NCBI RefSeq assembly: GCF_009834535.1
Contig: NC_045696.1
Coordinates: 51,400,001 to 51,464,000, forward strand
DNA length: 64,000 nucleotides
Direction: 5' to 3'
Origin: Camelus ferus
Taxonomy: Eukaryota
Below are positions 39,801-51,800 of the stretch, one piece after another (the first letter of the stretch is position 1; each line of letters starts with the position of its first letter). A program made the translations under genes and the position numbers. The notes under the pieces are model-generated. The model was given only the letters and a program-made list of their open reading frames with translations. It was not told where the DNA came from and did no database searches.

Positions 39801-42800
39801 CTCCCTTTGCGCTCCCAGCTTTCTGGGTCCTTCCTGGAGTGGCCCGCACACTGGCAGTGTGCACAGTGGGTAAGTCAATGGGCGTTGGAAACAGACTGAT
39901 TAGCGTCTGAATCCCACTTGGCCTGCCGCCTATATTCCGTGTGGCCGTGGACCAGAGATCTGACTCCTGGGAGACTCAGGTTCTTCACGTGCACGATGGG
40001 GATGATGATTCTGCCCAACAGGGCTGTTACGAATATTGAATGAGATGATCTCTGTGAAGATTTTTTTTTAGCACAATGCCTGGTACATAGTAAACATTAA
40101 AAAAACAGTATTATTATTATTACTACTACTATTGACATTATTATTGTGCTAGCCCAAGAAATCTGTGATTGTTCATACCAGTGAGAGTTTAGAGGTGTCT
40201 GCCCCTTATTCCTGATTAGCAGGAAACATTAAATGTATTTATTTATCAAACAAACAAGTATACAGCACTTTCTATGTGCCAGGCAACTATTTGAAGTGCT
40301 TTACAAATATTAACTCATTTAATCATAACAACACTTTTGCTATTATCTCTACTCAACAGATAAGGGAACTGAGGGCCAGAGAGGTTAACTGACTTGCTCA
40401 AGGTCACACTGCTATTCAGTGGCAGAGCCAGGATTTCCAGCCAGGCAGTGTGGCTCAGAGCTAGGGGGCCCAGAGGACGGCTAAGTGCCTCAGAAAGGCA
40501 GTGAGCTGGAGTAGAAAGAGGCTGACTGTGCCCTTACTCCTGCACCTACCAGCTGTGTGACCTGGGCAAGCTTACCTACACAGTCTAGCCTCAAGAGTCT
40601 TGCGAAATGCAGCTAATATACCTCCCTTGCTGCAGTGTTGGGAAGGTTAGCAAAAGTGAAACGCTCTTGGTGCCTGGCCCGTAGTACATGCTGAAGAAAC
40701 GGTAGCTATTGCTCCTGAGGTTGCTTTTAGACTTCCTCAAGTTAGGATTAGCACAGAGGAGCCAGGTCATTGCAGACAAAGGAAACGTGCCTGATTTTAC
40801 AGTCCCAGGAAATAGCACCTAGAGAGGTGGACTGCCGGCATGGCCAAGGCCCCTCCCTCGGAGTCCCATCCCCACCTCCACCAATGAAGGGCCGCTCGTT
40901 GGAACAGAATCCTGGTAGGGGCGTCAAAAGACGCCGGTTCTAATCCCAGACCTAAGAGGCTGCAGGACCCCACGTGTGCATGTAACATTTCCGCACGAAT
41001 GAGTTAAGCTCGAATGCTCCTTCTGATTCCTAGTTCTATGACTGGGGTTTGCGCGCTTGTCACTCTGCTAAAGGTCTCAGGATCCTCGCGGGATTCTGCC
41101 TCCACCTGGAGCCCTGTCCCCGGGAGGGAGGTGTGTGTGGGGAACTGCTGACTGCGCCTCAGAGGAAGCTGCAGTGGGGGAGGAAGGAGGCTGGGCTGGG
41201 TGGGAGGGCCTGAGTCTAACTCCCCGCCTGGGTTTAATGAGCCCCGAGCTTTGTGAGGGCTGCTTTTCACCACCTTTTATTTGGTCAGACAGGGGGCTCA
41301 ATAAAGCTTTAGTTCTGTGGACTCCCCTCATGGAATTGTTGAAGGAGAAAGCTTTTTGCAAATGACTGGAAAGCCCTTTGCAAATATAAAGTGCTTATTT
41401 AGATGCAAACGAAAAATCCAAGGTGCCTGTGACTCATCTGGTACCTATTGTGCTCGCTGCAAAGACGCGGAGGCTTGCCTGTGTGATGGGTGCCATTTGA
41501 GAGCCACTTAAAGAACTCCCTGGTGAATGAATTTGGTTGCATTATTCCTGGGCTCCTCGCGGAGGACTCGAATTCTCACTGCTCGCATGGTGTCCTCCTC
41601 CTCTGACACTTTCTCAGCCCTCTCCCCCAGTTAGTTCTGACCCAGATGCGGTGGGAGGGGGCTGGCCTACTGGGAGGCAGGAAGCCAAGGGGGGAGCGTG
41701 GGGGGTTGTCCTCACCCACTCTGCTTTTTAAAAAAGAAAAGGCGGCATTGATCCCAGCATCCAGAGCTCTGCCTGAGAATCTAATGACAATAGTATTACT
41801 TGCTTTCAAAACCCCTTTTATCATTTCCTTTTCTTTCCTATCTCTTACTACCCTGTTATTACAGATCAGGGCTTCATGACCAAAAACTGCTGAATCCATT
41901 TGGTCAAGTTTGTCAGCCGGGTGACTAGCATTGTGTGAAGACCAAAGGTCTGCGTGAGTGACTGCATTTTTAATGAATTGACCAGCTATTTGGCATCCCA
42001 TGAACAGAATTTAATGCTGTGTACTGCAAACTGCTGTGAAGGATAATGGAGACAGCTTTTCCAAGGCCTATTTTCTTTCCTAGAAGAGGGAGGAGGCTCC
42101 ATTTGGAAGTTTGGTGAGGACTGATTCCTATAGACTGCAAGCCAAGACGGAAGCATCCTTGTCCACTGGGGTCTAAGGCAGGACTTGTTCCTCGGGCTTC
42201 AGGTAGGTGAGTGCTGTGCATTCTGGGGGTTCTCCCCATATGGAACAGAAGCCAGTTCAAGGATTGTTCTTGTTGGTTGTGTCTTAAATGGTTCAAGTAG
42301 AAGTGACTATTAAGCATGACTGCTGCCAGCAGAATGGTGCTCTTGTGCAAGTTAGAATAAGATGCCCTCTCCTGGCTGACCAGTTGCAGAAAGGCACCCT
42401 CTCCTGATCCACTCCAGGCCTGGCAGTGGAGCCCTGGCCGAACTCGGTTCCCACAGCCCAGTGCAGGGAGCAGCCTGCAGTCTCCCCTGCCTGCCCGCCG
42501 TGTGTGAAGGTGTGAGGGTGGAGTGTCTAGGCACATTCTCAAAGATGGCAGAGAGCAGGGTCAGAACTGGGAGGCTGGGAGGGGGCTGTTCAGAGCGTCT
42601 CCTAGAAGCTGTCTTTATCCAGTTCCTCCCTCCCTCCTCCACAGCTGATCTTCTCCTCTCGCTCATGTCCTTTCTGAAGATGCATACTGTGATAGAAACC
42701 TTGACTACCTTCAGGCAGGGATCATGGAATTCAGTTTAATATTCTTTGTTCAAAGCTCTGTCCTGGGCACATCAGGGAGCCTCACAAGTGAGGAGGAGTA

Positions 42801-45800
42801 GGACTAGCATCATAGCTTGTGGTGGTGGAGGTGATGATGTAGTAAACCAGATGTAGTCCACGAGTTCTGTAAATAATATATTCCTGAAACTATCTACTGA
42901 TTGTCCAGAAATCACACAAAAGACATAGATATTATAAGAGGAGTTCTGTTCTCAGAGGGCTAAGAATATTATAAAATCCCTAGCGATCCCTTTGCTTTTG
43001 AACAGCTTTATCAAGATATAGTTCACACACCACACAATTCATCCAATTTAAAGTGTAAAAACCAGTGTTTTGGGGGTATATTTACAGCGTTATGCAACCA
43101 CGTCCCTTTATTTTTAAACACATTCTTTAACGGTTTTAGTTCCAACATTATGGACACATATTTAATGTTCCTTCTCAGGGTAGCTGATCAAGTAATGAAA
43201 GTCCAGTGATAGCCAATCAAATGCTGTAGGTCAAAAGGCCATCGAGTTGACTGGTTGGTTTGCAGTGCCACATTAGGATAGGGTTTTCAGGTACCTATCC
43301 TAATCCCTTTGGTTGCACACACGCAAGGATATTTAGGGCTGTTGATACAGAGGGCACAATGCTAGATCGTATGAATGTCACACTTGGGGAAGTGAGGAGG
43401 ACCTGCATTAGGACTCTTGGCAAAGGGCAGCCTGGAGATGCCGCAACACCATGACAGAGGAAGCAGGGGAGAGTTCAGGCGTGACTGAATTCCGTTGTGG
43501 ACATTTGGAAGGGCTTCACAGAAAAGGAGGCCGGTGTGATAAGAGTTGGAATGTGAGAGGGCTGGAGAGCAACCCAGACAGAGATGAGATGGGAAAGGTA
43601 GACTGAGGCCATAGAGTGGACAGCTCTGAATCTTAGGCTGTGAAGGTAACTTTAATTTTTATTCCAGGGACCAAGGAGACACTGAAGGGGTTAGAGTAAG
43701 GCAGTGGACATTTGGCCTTTACTTCTGGGGGAATAATTCTGAGAGTGGTTGAAGGGCCAGTTAGGGGGCTGTGGCAGAAGCCTGGGTGAGAGGACATAGG
43801 AACCTAAAATAAGCAGGTGCAGTAAGAAAGGATAGATGGGGCACTTTTAGAAAAAACTTCTGTAAGCACTAACTGCTAAGATGTGGGAGATGAGGGAGAG
43901 AAAGGAGTCAAACAAAATCCAAGATTCCAGGAAAATGACGTTGCCAGTAAGAGATAACCAAGTCCAGCTGGTTTGGTGCTTTGATGGTTTGAAGGTTTGG
44001 TTTTTAACATTTTGCCTTGTATGGAGCCAGAGATATATCCAGGCAGTGATGTGGTCTGGAAATCAGGGGAGAAATTAGAGGTGTAGCTGGAGATTTGAGA
44101 GGGCTTAGCACAAAGCCTAAATTATTCACTCACAGTCAGATAGACATGAATTCAAATCCTGGCACTGCTTCATACTAGCTATGTGACTTTGGGCAGATTC
44201 CTTAATTATTCTAAGAAGCTGGAAGTACCTAAGAGTTGTGAAGATGGAATGAGGAAGGCTTTGACTTGCCTTAGCACAAAGTGGTAAATTCTCAATAAAT
44301 GGCGGATCCTATGTGGGGTCACCCGTTAGAGCAATGGAGTGGATGGATACTAGTCCTGGGAGAAAGAGTGTCAGAAGAGAAGAGGTGGCCGGGGACTCAG
44401 AGAAGGGAAGATCGGAGACTCTTGACTGGCAACAGAGGCCATAGCTGGAAAGCGACCTCCCTTCCCCAGGCACGCAGGGGGCCTGGAGATGTCCATGGAG
44501 CCATGGCAAATCTAAGACTGGCAGGGGACATGGAAAGAGGAGAGGAAACAAAAGGAGGAGGGCAGTGAGGAGCACAGGGCCCCAGAGCCAGGGCAGGGCA
44601 TGCTGAGGGACAGAAAGCAATGTTATACTGGTGGAACGAACACATAGAGTCAAGTCAAAGATCATGGAAACCCACTCCAGCAACCAAAAGGCAGTTCTAA
44701 AAAACATCATTCTTTACTTGTTTTTCTTCAACTCTATGAAGGAAAGTAATAAATAGATCACGGAAGTAAATAACTAGATATGAAGATATCATTTATATCT
44801 TTCTGTAAGTAATAGTAAAGGACCCTTCTTCCCTACCCGCTCCTCTCCCCTTGCCCTCCTCCCAAAGACTCCCAAGATTTCCTGTCCCCTATCTCTGTCT
44901 TCCCTCCCTTTACCACAAACAAACAAAATGACAACAGGAGAATTTTCTCCCAACCGTGTCAGCTCACCTCAACTCCTTGTCCTCCTTCCCCCTTTCTCTG
45001 CACAAAAAATTATGAATCACAAAAGCCCCAAGGATAGTGGAAAAGCAAAACCAGGATCCTCTTTAGGGATCTGGGGGAAAGGGAAGCTTATATGATAGTT
45101 ATTTCTCTTGGGGGACAGGAGTTTCATCTCACCTACAGACCATAGTTGAAAAGAAAAAGAGAGGAAAGACAATGTCCCAGTGGTAAGTTGTGCTTGGCAG
45201 TGACCCCAGTGCCCTCAGGGGCAAAGCCCGTGTGTCGAATGCAGCAAGAGCAGCTTCCCCGGGTGGCTTCCCTCACCGCCTGACCTAGGCACCCCCTCCT
45301 AAGCTGGGAGGGGAAGCCCAGCCCTACCTGTCGATGCTGATGGCACAGAGGTTCAGGATGCTGGCTGTACACATCATGACATCCAGAGTGACAAAAACAT
45401 CGCAGCAAACTCGGCTGAAAGTCCAGACTCCGCCTGTCACCTGGGCATCAGAGACAAGGATGTTAGTGTTTCCCCCAGTGAAGGGACAACAACCCAATCA
45501 ACTCTGCTGCCTTCCCTAGGCTGCCTGGTGCAGACTCAGACACGCCCTCACTTTTGGTACATCATTACCAAGGGTAGGTAGACGCCGAAGGAATGTCAGG
45601 CTGCCTAAGGTTGATTGCCTAAGAAAGGACGAATTTACGGATTGGGAGTGCTGGAAGGGATCTTCCAAATCATTTAGTGCAGCGTTTCTCCAAGTGTGGT
45701 CCGCAGTGGGGTGCTCATGAAAGATGGAGATTTCCCTAGACCTACTGAGTGGGAGTCTCTGGATCTGAGGCCCATGAATCTTCATTTTTAAATAAACAAA

Positions 45801-48800
45801 CTCCCCTCTGTCCCGTCACACCAATGTTTGCGAATCACCAGTTGGGTTCAAACTCAGGAGGCAACTAAAGCTCGTTGTGGTTAAGTGATCCTCCCTTCGA
45901 TGCACAGCTGGTAGCAGGAGAGCTTGGGGACTGCCAGGTGCGTGCACTGTGCCAGAACCACCTCTCCGAGCTCTCCGCCCGGTGGAGAGCTCACCGTGTT
46001 CCAGGAAATAAGCTGAGAACACATTTTTCATAAAACTTAACTCCGAAATGGAAATCTCTCTGGCTGCTGGTTTTAAAGCTTGGAAGCTTTACCAACATCT
46101 GTAAGTGTCTATGTAAAATAAGTCAGTGTCAGTGGGCCTGCCTTCCACATCATGGTCCTAATCACTGAGAGTGGTGGGGAGGTGGTGGTGGGGGGCAGAA
46201 AGGTGTGTTCAGGGCATTGGAAAGGGGCCCAGATCCTCTTTGCCACTCACAGAATCAGTGAGATGGTTCTGACCTCCCGCATTTACACGTGTATTCCAAG
46301 TTCCATAACTCCTCTGAGTAGCACTCACAGGTAAGTCAGGAATTTAGGTAATTTATATTCTAGCACACTTCTGTTTTATTTGAAAAGATTTTGACGTAAA
46401 CTAATTGAGCCAGAGAGATGTGTCAGGGAGACTATGACTTTGGTCCACAGGTGCCACTCTTGGGGCCCTGAGGCTTTTCTGCTCTTGCCAGCTTCCTGTC
46501 CCTGGGGCTGCCATTCTAGGGGACCATAGTTCTCAGGGAGAAACGTGGGCAGCTTTGTGCTCCTGGCTGTAGCTGGGTGTTCATGATATCCCTGCTGGGC
46601 AGACCCACCGACTATGTAAGAGAAAGGGGAGTGAAGCAGAGGGACAGTAGCTTCTTAAGGAAAAAACAGTGCAAGTGACAGTGCATGAAGACGTTGTTCT
46701 CATCTAGGACGCTTGTTACATCACGAGGTCATGTACCGCACATCCTTGTTTTATGGCACTAACGCAAGGTCCTGAGAGGCTCTCTCCCTTTCCCCTTCCC
46801 TCATCACTTCTTTCCCCTTGGATTTATTTCCTTTTCAGCATCCAGTCTTCTCCCTATATTTGGCCCTCTCCAAACTCCATCATGAGAAACTCTACCAAAA
46901 ATACTTCGTTTAAAAGCAGCAATGAGAAGTTCAAACTAGTGATGAAGTCATCATTTTTGTTCATTTAGGTGTGGATTTACTTTTTCTCTTTTAGTCCAAC
47001 CATTTGACTATATAAATAAAGGCTTAGTAAGAATTTATGGAATTCTGAGAATGAAAAACTTTTTTAAAGGGACATGTATAGTCATAACATAATGATTTAA
47101 GGGGCCAGGAGAATAGAAGGTGGTTTTGCTCAGTCCATGGGACAGTTGTAAGCTGTAAAACTTCTTGCAAAAGGTGAATCTTGTATACTAAATCTCTCTT
47201 AACATATGTCTACTATGCAATTTGTGTCTTAAATTGGGGAAGAAAATCACTTTTTTGTGCAAAATTGTGAGTGCCTGTCTGTGAATGTGTGTTGGGGGAC
47301 TGTGTAGGCGAGAGAGGGTAGTTAGAACAATAGTGAACTCCAGTGCTTGCTCCGTGTCTGTTTGTTTATTGGCTCATTCATTCATAAAGTGAGAATTTGT
47401 GATACTCCTAATACTTAGTTCATAGAAGGAGGGTATGTTATGTGTTTTAAGAGGTTTTTGAAAAAGTTCTTCAGGCCCTGTCCTTGAAGAACTTACAACT
47501 GGAGAAGCAAGGCATTCTTAAATAGAATAATTAGATATGAGACCCTAATATTGTTAATACAAACTAAAATTTATTGAGAACTCAGTCTACATGGGTCACC
47601 GGCTCACATGACCCATTCCAGAAATTTCTATAACCTTGACACTTTAGATTCTGATAACTTGTTATCAGTCACATTATCAGACTTCACCCACCCGACAGGA
47701 ACAGGGACTTTTCCTTGTTGGTTGCTGCAGTCGGCCCCTAGAGCAGAGTCCTGCATGTAAATATATTCTGAAAGAATGAATGGTCTCTGACATAATCTGT
47801 GTTAATACTAAGAATTACCATTTATTGAATGCTTACTAAGTGCCCGATGTCTGCCATGCATTTTTTATGTACATGGCCTCTATTGCTGATCATTGTCCTG
47901 AAAGCACCATTGTTATCTTCATTGCAGAGAAAGAGGATAAAGCTTAGAAAGGTTCAGGGTGGCGTGGCTGGTAGAGGCAGCTGGAATGCAGGCTGTTACA
48001 CACCCTGCTGTAGGGGAGTGTCAGGTGAGGAGGGGCGGCTGTTGGAAAGGAATGGAGGTGGGTGGACACAAGGCGGGAAGGAGGAAACTGTATGCTCATC
48101 AAAGATTTTATGGGACAGACTGCACCATCTCCCTTCTAGGGAACCAGACACCATCTGATTGCCTGTATCGCAGGGTAGCAGAGAAACAGTGCAGAACAGT
48201 GGAGGCTGCTGACTCTGGGCCTAGTGAAAGTACACACCTGGCAGGTTTCTTTGGTCCCTGGTTTCCTGAGCCCCGCAAGCTGCCCTCTGGCTTCCAGCCC
48301 CCACTGTGCGAGCCCATTCTGGGTGTCTTCTCTTCCTGTCTTTGATTCTAACATCAAAATCCCCCTTCCCTCCGTGATCTCAGCTAAGTGTCAAGAAGAA
48401 AACAATCTGATTAGTAATTCCCGCTACGATGCCATCTCTTGGCCTTTCCTGGAGCTTACTCATCAAGATGAGTCTCTAATTGGTGGGATGAGTAATGGAA
48501 ATACTTTTTTTTTTTTTTAACTGGAATCCTCCACACCAAGTAAATAATAGTGAGTGATCAATAAAGAGCTGAAAGGGCCAGGAACAAGCTAAGCAACTCT
48601 CACAGCAAGCGAATGAGGTAAATATTATTTCCAATTTGTAGATAAAGAAATAGAGCCTGAGGGGGGTTGAATAATTTGCCTATGGGCACACAGCTAGTAA
48701 AAGTCGTGGGAATTTCAAGCCCTTAATATTAACCGTTACCGTGTTTCACGGCTCGGAGGTCAGCACCTTGACACGCTGCTTCTGGGAAATGTGCTGTTTA

Positions 48801-51800
48801 ACTCCATTCTGGTATCACAGGAGGGAGGGGAGTCCGCACGTCCGTCCACCCACCCACCCACATGCCCAGTGTTTACTGAGTGCCGTCTAGGGCTGCTCCT
48901 TCACTGGGCGGGTGTACTGACATGCATTAAACCGGTGTCTGTCCCCAAGGCCTCAGAACACAGTGTGTGCCTGTCAAGGGGAGTAATGTGTGAATGGGAA
49001 CGGGTGAACCGAGGGCCCGGGAGATGGACACCGAGAAACTGACTATGAGGCGATACAATGAATGCTGACAGTGAGATGAGTACAGAATTGGGAGAACGTG
49101 AAAAGTAAGGTGATTTTTGAAATTAAAGCTGAAGGAAAACAAACAAAAAAAGCCTGATTGATTGAAGGCTTTTTAGAGACATGATTCTACCTTCCTCCTA
49201 AATTTTAATGAATAACTCACTTCTGAATTATACAGCAGCCAGGTGGTGTTACTCTCAGTTGCTAATGAATATAACTAACTCCCTTTGGCAATACAGAAGG
49301 TGGGAGAAGCACTAGAGTGTCTTCAGGTACTAAAGTTGGCTATTGATTTTCAACAGACACAGCCTAAGGCAGCATTTCCCAAATTTACTGATAAGGCAAC
49401 ATTTCCCAAATCACCTGAGGCTCTTGTTAAAATGATTCTTAGTCCCCACACAGAATGATAAGTCCCTCCAGGGATTCCTGCTGCCTGGGAGGTTTAGGAA
49501 CCACTGGTCTAGGGGGTGTGGGGAGCATGACTTGATCTTCGGAGATGCTGGTCCCTAGGACTCCTTAAGCATCCTTTATTCCTTGGGTCCCTTTGGCCTC
49601 CTGGTTCCTTCGCAGAAGAATGTTTTTAAATGCGTAAATAGAAAACAATGGCTCACAAAAGATACGAGTTGTATTAAAATACAGTTACCAAAAATTTTTA
49701 AAAATATATGTGATTCTTTAATAATGCATTAAATGACAAGACCTAGGGGCAGGTTCAAAATTCCCGTAGTTTCAATGTACTGATGAATGGAAATGGTATT
49801 TCAGTGTCTGCAACAACTGTGATGCAATTTGAAAATATAAATATCTGCAGTTTCTACCTATGACACTAAGGATTTCTTCTGCTGTGGGTTGATACTTGCA
49901 TTCATAATTGAAGCAAGTGCTTAATTTCGGTTTAGTGAAAATAAAGAAGTGATTTTGTTTATATCCAAGTTGATGGACTCCCCAGATTAAGAACTCCTGC
50001 TCTAAGGGATGGATTTTTAGTTGTTTTGGGGAGATATCCAAGGCTCAAAGATGGAGTTATTTCTCTGATTAGCCTCTTCACTCCATTTTTGTTTGCCACA
50101 TTTTGGCATCTTTTCTTTCTTCTCTCTCTCTCTCTCTCTCTCTTCAGGAAAGGATGGCTATGGGACAAGATAGGGCAATTTGCAAGGATTTTTCACTTCT
50201 CTGAATCCTGATTTCCTCATCTGTGAAATGGGGGTTTTACAGATTAGTGGTTCCTACAAGTCAGTTTGTAGCACATGGCCAGCTGCCTGCGCAAATCAGC
50301 TGGAGTGGGAGTGGGCCAAGATGAGAGGCAGTTGCTATAAACTTCCAGGACCCCTCCCCTTGGACTTGCAGTTTGGTAGATCTGGGGTAGACCCAACAGT
50401 CTGTATTTTGAACAAGCATCTCCCTGTAGTGAAGGTTTAGCTGAGGTGCATAAGAATTATGAAGGAGCCCACTTACAGTACAGACTTTGAGGCCCATCCC
50501 CACAGAGAACCCCGTTCACTAGGATGTGGCCAGACATTTCTTGAGGTCAGATTACACTTTAGAAATGACAAGGGACATGATCTCCAAGCCCTCCAGCTTC
50601 AACAGTCTACAGCTTTCATCAAAATCCAGACTTTGGTGGAGAGACCATAAGAATCTCCTGTTTTTGTTTTCCAGTGGGGAGCTTTTAAATTGCTATCATC
50701 TGGGGTTTTTTGAACACTGGTACAAGTCTCCTTAAAAGAGTGTTGATTTTTAATAATTAATATGATTACAAGGTCCAAAGGCACCCAGAACAGTGTTTCT
50801 TTCCTGTCATCTCTATCTGACCAGGATCACTCTACGTGAGTTTCTCTACCTGAATCCACCTGGTACTTTTTGGATTGTCTGTATTACCTAACCCTCAAAT
50901 CTTTCCTCCGATCCACAGTGGGATGCAAGTCCTCTGAGTTTAGTATTCTAAATGGTCCCTGGCTGCTTACACTGCCTTTCTGCCCTGATACAAGTGCATT
51001 AAACATCACAAAAGGTGCTTAACCGAGTGGAACAAAATGGGATGTTTGTGCTTGGAGAGGGAGCTCCAAACAGACGGCAGCTTCTAAAGCAGGAAATTAA
51101 AAACTTGAGAGGGAATCTGAGACAGAACTGTTTGGTACAGCACAGTAAAGAGTTTTCATGAAAATGTTGCAAACTGGATTAAAGAGACAGCCAGGCCAGG
51201 GTGCTCTGGAATATAACTTCCTCTGAGGTCACCGGCACGGTTTTATCCTCAACTTCTCTGCTAGGCCTGAGGGCAGAGAAAACTGAAAAAGGTCGGTGAC
51301 TGGCTCCTGCTAGTCCTTTTTTATATATTGCTCAAGCCCAGGCTTCGTGTGCCCTATGTTGAAAATGGTACCAGTGAAAGCCACTGTGGTGCATATTTGC
51401 TGACTGTCTTCTTTTCCTCTTTCTAATAGTCCTTGGATTCCACTGGGAACCCATGAGATTCCTGAGCTGTTGGTGTGTTCTGTGGAAGGTACACATAACC
51501 TATGCTAAACCACTATTCTATTCAGTGATTAGTTCAGAGAAAATCGTGTACCATAAGCCAGTCCAATCAAAGGACATCTTGCCTCTTCTACTAGCACATG
51601 GATTTTCAATCTTGCTGTGAATGACGTGGTGTGTACACATGAGGTCTGTAGTTTACCCTTTACTTATGGATAAAGCCAATATATGGAAGAAGACGGAGCT
51701 GAGAGAATTGTACAGAAGTAGAACTGGAGCCCTGTTCAGACTCTGCCTGCAGTCCACCCTGCCACAGGACTTTTAAAGTTCTTGGTATGAGAGCCAATGC

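Noticed and set aside
41970..42542. 190-aa minus-strand ORF, and other 60-140 aa intronic or intergenic ORFs
   Set aside because: No recognisable domain or exon structure; many overlap LTR or L1 remnants, and such ORFs are expected by chance.
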